Part shown: positions 29,811 through 39,292 of the stretch, in pieces
Numbering within the stretch: the first letter of the stretch is position 1
How the letters are laid out: each line of letters begins with the position of its first letter
NCBI GenBank assembly: GCA_963718525.1
Contig: OY970355.1
Span: 928,001-992,000, forward strand
Direction: 5' to 3'
Origin: Candidatus Dormiibacterota bacterium
GTDB taxonomy: Bacteria > Chloroflexota > Dormibacteria > Aeolococcales > Aeolococcaceae
Length of the DNA: 64,000 nt
Translations under genes and position numbers: made by a program
The notes under the pieces: generated by a model
Database searches by the model: none
Told to the model about the DNA's origin: nothing
Seen by the model: the letters and a program-made list of their open reading frames with translations, nothing else

Positions 29811-30154
29811 GTGCGAGCCCCCTGACGGCTTGACGTGGCCGCCGCGGTCATCGCCGTCGACAGGGCGGAGCGCAGGCTCAGGAACGGCATCTCGGTGGCG
29901 CGCCCATGCAGGCTCACCACCATGTCGAGCCCAGCATGCTCCACCAGGATCGGCGTGATCGCCGCGCGCAGACGGCGGCGGGCGCGATTGCGGCTCACCG
30001 CGCCGCTGGCTCCCGGCACCGCGAACGCAACTCGGGACACGTGCGATTCCCCAGGGAGCGCGCGGATTCGAACGGCGCCGGAGCGTGCGTCGCTCCCGAA
30101 TTCCCGCACCGCCGCAATCCGGCGTCGCCCGGCAAGGCGATGCCGCGGGTTCAT
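29807..30154 (-). CDS. rnpA: Ribonuclease P protein component
   Basis: [12 protein letters not shown] (RNR motif); position between rpmH and yidD. Confidence 0.9.
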   Translation of the reverse strand: MNPRHRLAGRRRIAAVREFGSDARSGAVRIRALPGESHVSRVAFAVPGASGAVSRNRARRRLRAAITPILVEHAGLDMVVSLHGRATEMPFLSLRSALSTAMTAAATSSRQGART

Positions 30155-30297
30155 CGCGTGGGAGCCGGAGTCAGGCGCTTGCGGCCCTTTCGACGGCGTG
30201 CCTTGAGCACCTGGCGGCCACCCGGCGTCGCCATACGTATGCGAAAGCCGTGCGTCTTGCGCCGGTAGCGCTTCTTGGGTTGGTACGTCCGCTTGAT
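30151..30297 (-). CDS. rpmH: 50S ribosomal protein L34 (ATC start codon)
   Basis: (I/M)[21 protein letters not shown]...RRRKGRKRL; GGAGAG upstream. Confidence 0.95.
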   Translation of the reverse strand: MKRTYQPKKRYRRKTHGFRIRMATPGGRQVLKARRRKGRKRLTPAPTR

Positions 30298-30557
30298 GGC
30301 CGTCTCTCCGAGACACTGATCGCGTCGGGGGCGCTCGAGGCACCGCTGAGCCCGACGGGGTTGCTTCGCGAGTATATCAAGGCAACGGCAGACCACCCTT
30401 CCTTCCGAAAGAGTTGCCGCGACGAGATCACAGGACGGTGGTGCGCTCGCTCCGCTTGTGACCGGGGCTGCGCATTGCTAAACTCCCCAGGCTGCAGCGG
30501 GAGCGGGAGCCCTTCTCTTCGTCTGAAAAAGCCCCCCGGCCACCAGCGGCCATGCAT

Positions 30558-30588
30558 TTATCCACTGATGTGCACAAGTTGTGGATAA
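30558..30588. promoter_or_regulatory. DnaA-box cluster upstream of dnaA (oriC part 1 / dnaA autoregulation)
   Basis: TTATCCACT 30558-30566, TGTGCACAA 30569-30577, perfect TGTGGATAA 30580-30588. Confidence 0.85.
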
Positions 30589-30710
30589 CTGCGCTGTGAT
30601 CGGCAGGCCAAGGCGAGGAACGAGTGGATCGAACAGTCGGTATCGGCGTCGTCGGTGACCAGCCCCCGCGCGCGGAACCCAATCTCGAGAGTGGGAACTC
30701 GACCGCGAGC

Positions 30711-32064
30711 ATGGATCCGCAACAGCTCTGGCAGGTCGCCCAGGAGGAACTTCGCTTCCAGGTGGTGCGCCCCGGGTACGAGGCCTGGCTCGCAAATGCC
30801 GTCCTCGTGGATTCCGACGGGCACACCTTCACCGTCGGCGTTCCGACGATGTTCGCCCGCGACTGGGTGAGCGAGCGCTATGTCCCGCTGATCCGGGAGA
30901 CCCTCTCCGGCGTGCTAGGTCGCGATTGCGAGGTGATCATCACCGTCGACCCGGAGCACTCGCCGCCGCCCGAGGCACCACCACACGTGCCGGATCCGAC
31001 CTATGCGCACGTGAGCGAGCCCGAGGACGGTGCCAATGACTCCCGGCTCAACCCGGCATTCACGTTCAGCACCTTTGTCGTGGGCAATTCCAGCCGTTTC
31101 GCGCACGCGGCGTGCCGCGCGGTCGCGGAAGCGCCGGGCAAGGCGTACAACCCGCTCTTCCTGTATGGCGGCGTGGGTCTCGGCAAGACCCACCTCATGC
31201 ACGCGATCGGACACGCAGTGCGCGAAACCGATCGCAGCGCCAAGGTGGCCTACGTGACGTCCGAGAAATTCATGAACGAGATGGTGGCTTCGATCGTCGA
31301 GAACCGGCCGGCCGAGTTCCGCATGCGCTACCGCGGTGTGGACGTGCTGCTCATCGACGACATCCAATTCCTGGCCGGCAAGGACCACACCCGCGAGGAG
31401 TTCTTCCACACGTTCAACGCGCTGCAGGAATTCCAGAAGCAGATCGTGGTCAGCAGCGACCGTCCGCCCAAGGACATCCCCACGCTCGAGGACCGTCTGC
31501 GCAGCCGCTTCGAAGGTGGGCTGATGGCCGACATCCAGCCGCCGGACTTCGAGACCAGGCTCGCGATCCTGACCACCAAGCTCGGCCCCTACAGCAAGCT
31601 CGTGCCCGACGAGGTCTGCTCGTTCATCGCACACCGCATCCAGAAGAACATCCGCGAGCTCGAGGGCGCTCTCATTCGCGTCCTCGCCCACGCATCGATC
31701 AACGGCCAGCAGATCACCCTCGAGACGGCGCAGCAGATCCTGCGCGACGTCATCCCGGTGCAGGAACTCGACGCCGGTGAGCATCGAGACCATTCAAATC
31801 GCGGTCGCCGCTCATTACGCGATCTCGGTCGAGGAGATGAAGGGCAAGCGTCGCGACAAGAACATCGTCTTCCCGCGCCAGGTCGCCATGTACCTCATCC
31901 GCGAGGAGACCGAGTCGTCGCTTCCGGTCATCGGCACCGCATTCGGTGGACGGGATCACACAACCGCGCTGCATGCGATCGAGAAGATCACCGAGCTGAT
32001 GCGCGAGGACGTGCGCCTCCAGGGTGAGGTGCGGGCCATCCGCGAACAGCTGCACAACCGTTGA
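30711..32064 (+). CDS. dnaA: Chromosomal replication initiator DnaA, split by an apparent one-base frameshift near 31755-31775
   Basis: [32 protein letters not shown] in first frame; domain IV ([16 protein letters not shown]) in the next frame at 31777-32064. Confidence 0.93.
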
Positions 32065-32307
32065 CAAACCTGTTGCCGAACCCCGGGACGGCATGTGGAC
32101 AAGGTGCGCAACCTCCGAGCAGGTGGACGACCGGTGCGGAACTCCTGCCACTTGCGCACACGCCGGCAACGCCCGTGGAGCCCGGGTGAGATCGTTTCAC
32201 GAGTTGTCCCCCGTGTCCCCACCACTACATCGTCTACTGATCTCTAAACTCTGCAGGTCATACTCATTGAGTCTGGTGATAACTGAGCCTCCAGAGAGGA
32301 ACCGTCC
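32065..32307. promoter_or_regulatory. dnaA-dnaN intergenic origin region (oriC part 2, probable unwinding site)
   Basis: TGTGGACAA 32094-32102, degenerate boxes (TTGCGCACA 32152-32160), then a relatively AT-rich TAC-containing tract at about 32221-32285. Confidence 0.72.
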
Positions 32308-33423
32308 ATGAAAGCGACCGTCTCGTCCTCGACCCTCAGTGGTGCACTTGGGCTCGTATCCCGCGCGGTGTCACCCAGGTCGACGCTGCCCGTGCTGAGC
32401 AACGTGCTTCTCGAAACGGGTATCGATGGCCTACGCGTGACCGCCACGAACCTCGACCTGACGATCACGGTCGTGGTGCCGGCGACGGTGCTCGAGGAAG
32501 GCAGGATCACCGTGCCGGCGCGTCTGCTCGGCGAATTTGTCGCGTCGCTTGGCGATGCTCCGTGCACCATGGAGTTGGAACCGACCACACAGGTGCTCAA
32601 GCTCAACGGTGGCGTACACCGAGCAAACCTGCACGGCATCGACGCCGTGGAATTTCCCCCGCTCCCAGCCCATGACACCGAGACGTCGATCGAGGTCGAC
32701 GCGGTCACGCTGCAGAACGCGATCGCACAGACGGTGATGGCGGCAAGTTCCGACGAGGCATCTCCGGTGCTCACAGGAGTCCTGCTGCAGATCGAGGGCT
32801 CGCAACTCACGCTTGCTGCGACAGATCGGCATCGACTTGCGGTCAAGACGATCGACGTCACGGTGAACGGAACGCCGCCGGTGACATCGGTGATCGTTCC
32901 GTCAAGGCATCTTTCGGAAGTCGCCCGTGCGGTGAATCCGAACCGTCCGACGGTGGGCATCGCATTTGCCCATGCGCGCAACCAGGTGTTCTTCACCATG
33001 AAGGACGTGGAGATCTCCTCGCGTCTCATCGAGGGCACATATCCCAACTACACACAGGTGATTCCGGGCAAGTCGACCACGACCGTGAGCCTGTCGACAG
33101 CGTCATTGCTGCGTGAGGCGAAGACCGCCGCGGTGCTCGCGCGAGACGCCGCCAATCCGGTGCGCCTGCGTATCGGTGACGGGACGCTCACGTTGCTCGC
33201 GCAGACCGCAGAGGTCGGAGACGACGAAGCACCGTTGACTGCGACGGTGCAGGGAGACGACGTGCAGATCGCTTTCAACGCGCGCTACATGCTCGACGCG
33301 CTGTCGGCGCTGGACTCCGACGAGGTGCAACTCTCGTTCAATGGCTCGCTGCAACCGGGAGTCATCCGTCCCGTGGGCAAGGACGACTATCTCTGCATCA
33401 TCATGCCGGTGCGGGTCGCCTGA
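32308..33423 (+). CDS. dnaN: DNA polymerase III beta sliding clamp
   Basis: LPVLSNVLL, ATNLDL, AATDRHRLA, SRLIEGTYPNY, AFNARY, IMPVR. Confidence 0.97.
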   Translation: MKATVSSSTLSGALGLVSRAVSPRSTLPVLSNVLLETGIDGLRVTATNLDLTITVVVPATVLEEGRITVPARLLGEFVASLGDAPCTMELEPTTQVLKLNGGVHRANLHGIDAVEFPPLPAHDTETSIEVDAVTLQNAIAQTVMAASSDEASPVLTGVLLQIEGSQLTLAATDRHRLAVKTIDVTVNGTPPVTSVIVPSRHLSEVARAVNPNRPTVGIAFAHARNQVFFTMKDVEISSRLIEGTYPNYTQVIPGKSTTTVSLSTASLLREAKTAAVLARDAANPVRLRIGDGTLTLLAQTAEVGDDEAPLTATVQGDDVQIAFNARYMLDALSALDSDEVQLSFNGSLQPGVIRPVGKDDYLCIIMPVRVA

Positions 33424-33459
33424 ACTTCGACGCGCACGGGCGAGCTTGCCGGCTCCCTT

Positions 33460-33747
33460 TTACATCGCCTTGAAGCGGATCCGCCTCACCAGGTCCTGAC
33501 CGACACGCTGATTGAGTGCATCGATAACTCGCGGCGCGTCCATCTGGAGCTGATGCGCGAGCGCGCTGTTGGCCGTGGCGATGACCAGCACACCCCGATC
33601 AAGCCGTTCTGCGCGGCACAGACCGGCAAGTCCGGCACCGACGACGTCTGCCAGCGCGAGCCGCAAGCGCTCCTCGCGCACCTGGACCCTGACGCCCAGC
33701 CCCCGCAGCGCTGGATCGATGATGTCGGAAAGGCGCTGCTCAGGCAT
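33460..33747 (-). CDS. dciA: DUF721/DciA-family helicase loader
   Basis: DVVG..LA...GVLVIATANSALAHQL...VRRIRF pattern; directly downstream of recF. Confidence 0.8.
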   Translation of the reverse strand: MPEQRLSDIIDPALRGLGVRVQVREERLRLALADVVGAGLAGLCRAERLDRGVLVIATANSALAHQLQMDAPRVIDALNQRVGQDLVRRIRFKAM

Positions 33748-34936
33748 GTACGTCCTGGGCGACGACGCCACCCCGCACCGTGAAGTGGCGCACCTCCTCG
33801 AAGTCTGCGATGTCGGTGAGCGGCTCCGTCGTCGTCACAAGCACCTGGTGTCGTGCTCCCATCGCAAGCAGTGCCAGGAGGCGCATGCGGCGTTCGGGAT
33901 CGAGTTCACTGAGCACGTCATCGAGCAGGATGACCGGTGGCACGCCCGCCGTGTCCTGGACGTACCGGACCTCGGCGAGCTTGCACGCGAGCACGATGCT
34001 GCGCTGTTGACCCTGTGAGGCCGTGCCGCGCGCGGCCCGGCCGTCGAGGTCGAAGGCGATGTCGTCGCGGTGCGGTCCAGCGAGCGTGATCCCGCGGGCA
34101 ACCTCCTCGGCAGCGTGGTCGCGGAGCGTGTCCAGCAACGAATGCTCGGCCGCATCCAATGTGTTCGGGATCGCGTCGATGTGCACAGGCGCATACCGGA
34201 GCGCGATGCGTTCGCGCTGACCGCTGAGATCGTTCAACGAGAGTGCGGCGAGCGGTGCCAGCGCCTCGACGAGGCGCGATCGAGCGAGTGCGAGCCACGC
34301 GCCGTGATGCGCGAGCTCGCCGGTGAAGCTGCTGAGCGAGTCACGAGCGCCGCCGCCGAGGCGAAGCTGATGAAGCAACGCATTGCGCTGCTCGAGGACG
34401 CGGCGGTACCGCGACATGTGCGCCACCGCCTGCGGATCGGTCTGAGCGAGGATGACGTCGAGAAACCGCCGGCGTCCGTCGGGACCTCCACGCACCAGTG
34501 CGAGGTCCTCCGGCCAGAAGAGCACGACAGGACAGACGCCGAGCACCGAGCGGGCGGGACGCGGCTTGCCGTCGACAGCCATGACCCGCGACACCCGACC
34601 TGTCGAGACATCCCGCTGCAGCCGCAGCGACAGCGAGACGTCGATAGGAGGACGGGTAACATCGGCCTCGGCCATCGCGGCGTCCTCGTTCCAGAGGAGC
34701 AGATCGCCACTGCTCGTGGTTCGGGGAGACCGGGTGAGCGCGAGGGTGGCGATGGCCTCGAGCAGGTTGGTCTTGCCCTGCGCGTTGTCGCCATGAATGA
34801 CATTGAGCCCGGGGCCGAGGCGAACCGTCGCCTCCTGGTAGTTTCGAAAGCGGTGCACTCGCAGGCGCACGATCGCGCAGCGCGGCCCCCCGGTGCCGGT
34901 GGTGGGCGTGGTGACGCTTGGTGCGTCGATGCTCAC
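33740..34936 (-). CDS. recF: DNA replication/repair protein RecF
   Basis: FRNY, GDNAQGKTNLLEA, RRRFLD, GPHRDD, SQGQQR, LLDDVLSELD. Confidence 0.96.
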   Translation of the reverse strand: MSIDAPSVTTPTTGTGGPRCAIVRLRVHRFRNYQEATVRLGPGLNVIHGDNAQGKTNLLEAIATLALTRSPRTTSSGDLLLWNEDAAMAEADVTRPPIDVSLSLRLQRDVSTGRVSRVMAVDGKPRPARSVLGVCPVVLFWPEDLALVRGGPDGRRRFLDVILAQTDPQAVAHMSRYRRVLEQRNALLHQLRLGGGARDSLSSFTGELAHHGAWLALARSRLVEALAPLAALSLNDLSGQRERIALRYAPVHIDAIPNTLDAAEHSLLDTLRDHAAEEVARGITLAGPHRDDIAFDLDGRAARGTASQGQQRSIVLACKLAEVRYVQDTAGVPPVILLDDVLSELDPERRMRLLALLAMGARHQVLVTTTEPLTDIADFEEVRHFTVRGGVVAQDVHA

Positions 34937-36084
34937 GTGGCTGCTCCGGCCATGGAAGCGATCAGGTCCGAGATGCGGCGGGTGGCGTCCGGACGCGCTG
35001 CTGCCTTCACTGCAGCGCGCATGGTCGTGAGCGCCGGGGATCCCGGCGCGGCGAGCTCGGCGACGGCGTCAACGAGCTGCTCGTCACGCGGAACGTAACG
35101 CCCCGCGCCGATATCAACCACCCACTCCACGTTACCGCGCTCCTGGCCGGGGAGATACCAGACCAGGAGGAGCGGCAGCCCACAGCAGAGCGCTTCGGCG
35201 ATCGTCCCGGGGCCTGCCTTCGAGACGACAACGTCGCTGGCCCGCATCCACTCCGCCATGTTGTTCACGTAGCCGAGGACTCGCACCGGTCGTGCCGTGG
35301 TGGTACGCAGACCGGAGAGGGCAGATCTGGCACGGTCGTTGCGGCCGCAGATGACTACAAGCTCCACGTCGACGTCGAGGCCGGCCGCCGCGATCGCCCG
35401 AGCGTGATGGACGAGGCCTCCGGATCCGTCGGCGCCGCCACAGACGAGCACCACGAAGCTTCCGGATCGCAACCCGAGATGCTCGCGGATCGAGGCGATT
35501 CCGGCCGGGTCGCTGGGGAGCTCCGTGAACCGCCGGTCAACGGCGAGGCCGAAGTCGTAGCAGCGCGATGCGGGGATGCCGGCGCGGCGGCAATGGTCGA
35601 GCCCGCCCGGAGAGGGGACCACCACCGCGTCGACGTCGCGGCACGCCCACGCGGCATGGATATCGACGAGGTCGGTGATCACCGTGACGACGGGAATCCG
35701 CCGCGACCGGCTGCTGCCGGCGTTCACACCGACGTGGTTGAGCAGGGGGTGAAAGGACACGACGCAGTCCGGATCGATGCGTTCGATGGCCTCACAGACC
35801 GCATTGGTCACCGACCGCAGCACCGTCCGCTGGAGCAAGACGACAGCAGCGCGGCTGTTGGTCGAGTGATACAAGCCACCCCAGAGCCAGCGCGCGTGCC
35901 GGGTGATGGGGCCGTACAGGCCGGCGGTGCCGCCGATCACGCGCGGCCTGGCACTTGTGAACGGGTCGAGGATGGTGACCTCGAACTGACCGGGAAAGGC
36001 GGCGGCGATCTGACGTTCGACAGCAGTGGCCGCGGCGCGGTGGCCCCCACCGGTATCCGCGATGAGAAAGAGCAGCCTGCGCAT
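34933..36084 (-). CDS. MGDG-synthase/UgtP-family diacylglycerol glycosyltransferase
   Basis: DTGGGHRAAA, VITD, CGRN, KAGPGTIAEA, PGQERGN. Confidence 0.9.
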   Translation of the reverse strand: MRRLLFLIADTGGGHRAAATAVERQIAAAFPGQFEVTILDPFTSARPRVIGGTAGLYGPITRHARWLWGGLYHSTNSRAAVVLLQRTVLRSVTNAVCEAIERIDPDCVVSFHPLLNHVGVNAGSSRSRRIPVVTVITDLVDIHAAWACRDVDAVVVPSPGGLDHCRRAGIPASRCYDFGLAVDRRFTELPSDPAGIASIREHLGLRSGSFVVLVCGGADGSGGLVHHARAIAAAGLDVDVELVVICGRNDRARSALSGLRTTTARPVRVLGYVNNMAEWMRASDVVVSKAGPGTIAEALCCGLPLLLVWYLPGQERGNVEWVVDIGAGRYVPRDEQLVDAVAELAAPGSPALTTMRAAVKAAARPDATRRISDLIASMAGAAT

Positions 36085-37820
36085 CAGCTCACCGTGACGG
36101 ACGCCGCAACCAGCGTGCCTGCCGCGAAATCAGTGATGACCTGGATGTTGCTCCCGTCGGCGTTCTCGACGTAGGCCTGGTCGACCCCGCCCGAGTCGGC
36201 GTTGAGGTAGACCAGCTGGCGGCCGGATGGAGCCACGACAACCGTGCCGAGCGAGCCGGCGGACGGACCCGAAGCGATCGGGATCTGCTCGTCACCCGCA
36301 ACACTGACGAGCACGAGGGTGGGGGTGGCCGTCGCGGGCCTGCGAATCCCGACGAGCGTCCCGGTCGCCGTGAATCCAACCGGCTGGAGCGAGGAATCCA
36401 GCAATCGCGGGGGCGTGGACGAAGGCCCGATCCCGGCGACCCAGGTTCCCTGAGCACCGGGTGCCGATCGAAGGAACGCGAGCTGCGACCCGTCAGGCGC
36501 AATTGCAGGATCGCTCGAGGCGCCGGTGACGCCCGGGATGGGGTACCGGGCGAGCACCAGCGAGTCGGCGAGCTCGAGGTGCTCGACGTCCTCGGCGCCC
36601 GCCACGTCCAGGACGAGCTGCTCGCCGAGCGGGCTCCATACCGCCGGGGCCACCAGTGGGTCGCCGGGCGGCAGCGAGGTGAGCGTGCCCGTGGTCGGGT
36701 TGTAGAACGAAACCTTGCCCGCCCGTGAGAACGCCAAAGTCGACCCGTCAGGCGACCATGACGGCAGGGACGAGTTTTGGAAGCTCATGGCCACCGTCCC
36801 GGAGGCTGGGTCGAGGATGACCAGCACAGGAGCGGGCGCGTTGACGGTCGCGTCGAGCTCGACGACGGCGAGCCAGCCCCCGCCGGGCGAGAGGGCTGCA
36901 GCCGCATAGGTGTAGAGCGGAGACCCGGAGCCGGCCGTCCCGCATCCCGACGGCCGCGGACAGCGGGGCGCGATGAGCACCGCCTCGGTGGCGATGGGTT
37001 CGCCGGGTTGGGCCGGCGCCAGCGGGGAGATCAACACGGTGGTTGCGCCCTCTCCCGGAACCGCGGCAAGCACCACGACGTGTGGCGCGGGCGACATCCC
37101 GGCGGCTGTGAAGCTTGAGGTCGCCCCGACGGTCAGCGGCTGGTGGCTGATGTCGGTGGCTGTCGGGGCGACAGTCAGGCGGTACGTGACGCCCGCCTGC
37201 AGGATGGCCCCGGGCAGCACGACGAAGCGGCTCGGATCGCGCGAGTTGCGAACCACCCGCGTTCCCGGAATCGACGGGCTCAGGGAGATCGCCGCCTCAG
37301 TAGTGTCTGCCGCCATTCCCGTGGAGAAGCTCACCGAGATCGGGGTGTCCACAGGCACGCCCTTCGATCCGTCCACGGGCTGCACGGCGCGGACCATCGG
37401 GGCCGCGCCGGCCGTGAACGTCCACTGGTGATCGACTGAGTTCACGACCCCGCTCGGGTCGCTGATGCCGCCCGCGAGGGTGAAGGTGTAGGACGTGCTC
37501 GGAGCAAAGATCGCCCGAGGATGCAGCAGGGTGAACCCCGTGTTCCCGGAAAGCCAGACGATCCGGCAGGGCGCGAGCGGGCCGGCGCTGAATGCGGCGT
37601 CCAGGTTGCAGGAGTGAATCGGACGGTTCACCGAGAAGCGGCCCTTGACCGAGGCGGTGACGACGGCCCGGTCGAACTCGACCGTGACCGGTGCGTCGGC
37701 GGCCACGCCCACCGCCCCGCGATTGGGAATCAACTGGATGATCTGGGGCGGGCTGCTGAAACATCCCGAGAGCGACGCGCAGACGAGCGCCGCCACAACC
37801 CAGAGCGCGATCCGGCGCAG
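36084..37820 (-). CDS. Lipoprotein with two Ig-like (Big_5-type) domains and a TolB-like beta-propeller; probable CTG start
   Basis: Lipobox LSGC; P..G..GV..D.P.SV.F repeats; WSPDG/WSP/IAPDG repeats. Confidence 0.8.
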   Translation of the reverse strand: MRRIALWVVAALVCASLSGCFSSPPQIIQLIPNRGAVGVAADAPVTVEFDRAVVTASVKGRFSVNRPIHSCNLDAAFSAGPLAPCRIVWLSGNTGFTLLHPRAIFAPSTSYTFTLAGGISDPSGVVNSVDHQWTFTAGAAPMVRAVQPVDGSKGVPVDTPISVSFSTGMAADTTEAAISLSPSIPGTRVVRNSRDPSRFVVLPGAILQAGVTYRLTVAPTATDISHQPLTVGATSSFTAAGMSPAPHVVVLAAVPGEGATTVLISPLAPAQPGEPIATEAVLIAPRCPRPSGCGTAGSGSPLYTYAAAALSPGGGWLAVVELDATVNAPAPVLVILDPASGTVAMSFQNSSLPSWSPDGSTLAFSRAGKVSFYNPTTGTLTSLPPGDPLVAPAVWSPLGEQLVLDVAGAEDVEHLELADSLVLARYPIPGVTGASSDPAIAPDGSQLAFLRSAPGAQGTWVAGIGPSSTPPRLLDSSLQPVGFTATGTLVGIRRPATATPTLVLVSVAGDEQIPIASGPSAGSLGTVVVAPSGRQLVYLNADSGGVDQAYVENADGSNIQVITDFAAGTLVAASVTVS

Positions 37821-37851
37821 GCCGGAGGAGATTCCGGAGCCGCGAATCCGG

Positions 37852-39147
37852 TCAGTACGCCCGGTTGAGCGCGGCGTCGACGTCAATGGGGGCGATTGCG
37901 CCATCGCCGCCCTTGACCTCGATGACCGACTGGCGATCGGTGGCAAGCGAAGCCACTGCCGCCGTGGCCTTGTCGAGGGACCGCTGGGATTCGGTGTACG
38001 TCCCGAGGATGTCGCCATCGCGAAGCAGGATGATCCCCGCCTCATTCGGGGTTTGCACCACCACCGACCCGCTCACGTGTTCCTCGGAAAGGTACTCGAG
38101 CAGCGCTTCGAGATTGACGAAGCGCCCGAGCAGTCCGCTGTACAGGTATGGCGACGTGAACAGCTGAGCCAGCGCGGTCACCGTCTCTCCCTCGAGCTCG
38201 ATGACATCGATCACGCCATCCCCGGCGTCCATGTGCCTGCGGATCTGCAGGAATGCGCCCTCGCCCTGAACCGCGGTGCCGTTGCTGCACAGCGCCTGAA
38301 GCGCCTGTCCGTCGTTGAGGAGGATCACCCCGCTGTAGCCGTTGCCACTGAGGTTCACGTAGCCGGTGTGGCGGTCCGACCTGAGCGTGCGGAGCAGACG
38401 CGGGAAGTCGACGAATGCACTCTTCAGGCCTTCGTAGTGCGCCCGGCCCGAGGGGAGCGGGTACACCCGCACGGCGGGCGTCGTCGAGGTGGCTGCTCCC
38501 CCGGGTCCCGCTGTCACCGGGCGATCCGGCGAGGCCGCCGGCGCCGTGGAGGCGGGTGCCGGCTGATAGGACACCGGCTCGGGAGCCGGGTGGTAGGAGA
38601 GAGGCTCAGGCGCGGGGGCCGGCTGGAATTCAGGCATCGGCGCCGGCTCGGGCTCGCTTGCGGCGGAGACATAGGTCTCCGGGGCCTGCTCGGCCGCGGG
38701 CGCCGACGACGCCACGGCGTATGCCGGCTCCTCGATCGGCTCCGGAAGGCTCGCCGCCGGGGCTGACGCGTAGGCATCGGACGAGGAGTACGCCGGCGCT
38801 GCCTCCGGCCACGTGGAGACGGCTGTCGACGCGGCGGCAGCCGGCGCCTCACGGCTCTCGGCCGCGGCGATCAACTCGGCCGGCGAGGCTTTGATCGTCT
38901 CTTCAGCCGGGAGCTTGGCGCGCGGATCGAACTGGTAGGAGCCGTCCTCCCAGGCGAGCGCGTCGATGACGACCTCCTCGCCGTGTCCACCGGGTCCACT
39001 TGCGTGAAACAGATGCCCGAACAGGAAGTACAGCGAGGCGTTGTCGCCACCGTTGTCGATGGTCAGGGTGCCGGTTGCCCGCTCTGCCTGCATCGACTGC
39101 AGCAGTGTCGCGAGCCCGCCGTCACTAAGGGAACCCTGGGTCTGCAC
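37852..39147 (-). CDS. DUF4388/PATAN-like domain protein with Pro/Ala-rich linker
   Basis: GSL...LATLLQ...TGTLTI...LYFLFGHLFHA...WEDGSYQF; related repeats (LLRTL...TGYV; LLEYL...SGSV) in C-terminal half. Confidence 0.75.
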   Translation of the reverse strand: MQTQGSLSDGGLATLLQSMQAERATGTLTIDNGGDNASLYFLFGHLFHASGPGGHGEEVVIDALAWEDGSYQFDPRAKLPAEETIKASPAELIAAAESREAPAAAASTAVSTWPEAAPAYSSSDAYASAPAASLPEPIEEPAYAVASSAPAAEQAPETYVSAASEPEPAPMPEFQPAPAPEPLSYHPAPEPVSYQPAPASTAPAASPDRPVTAGPGGAATSTTPAVRVYPLPSGRAHYEGLKSAFVDFPRLLRTLRSDRHTGYVNLSGNGYSGVILLNDGQALQALCSNGTAVQGEGAFLQIRRHMDAGDGVIDVIELEGETVTALAQLFTSPYLYSGLLGRFVNLEALLEYLSEEHVSGSVVVQTPNEAGIILLRDGDILGTYTESQRSLDKATAAVASLATDRQSVIEVKGGDGAIAPIDVDAALNRAY

Positions 39148-39292
39148 GGGTGCGGGTCTCCAGTTTTGAGTAGGAAGACCGTCCCGAGGGAGGCGGTCCG
39201 AATTGGAGTCGGCCCGTATAGTAGCAACCCTTCACCGTTCCGAACGAGGTTGGATACTCCAGAATGACGCGAGCTCAGTTCGAGGAATTGGT

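Noticed and set aside
30711-32064. Calling dnaA a true pseudogene
   Set aside because: Both parts look intact and DnaA boxes flank the gene; a single indel error is more parsimonious
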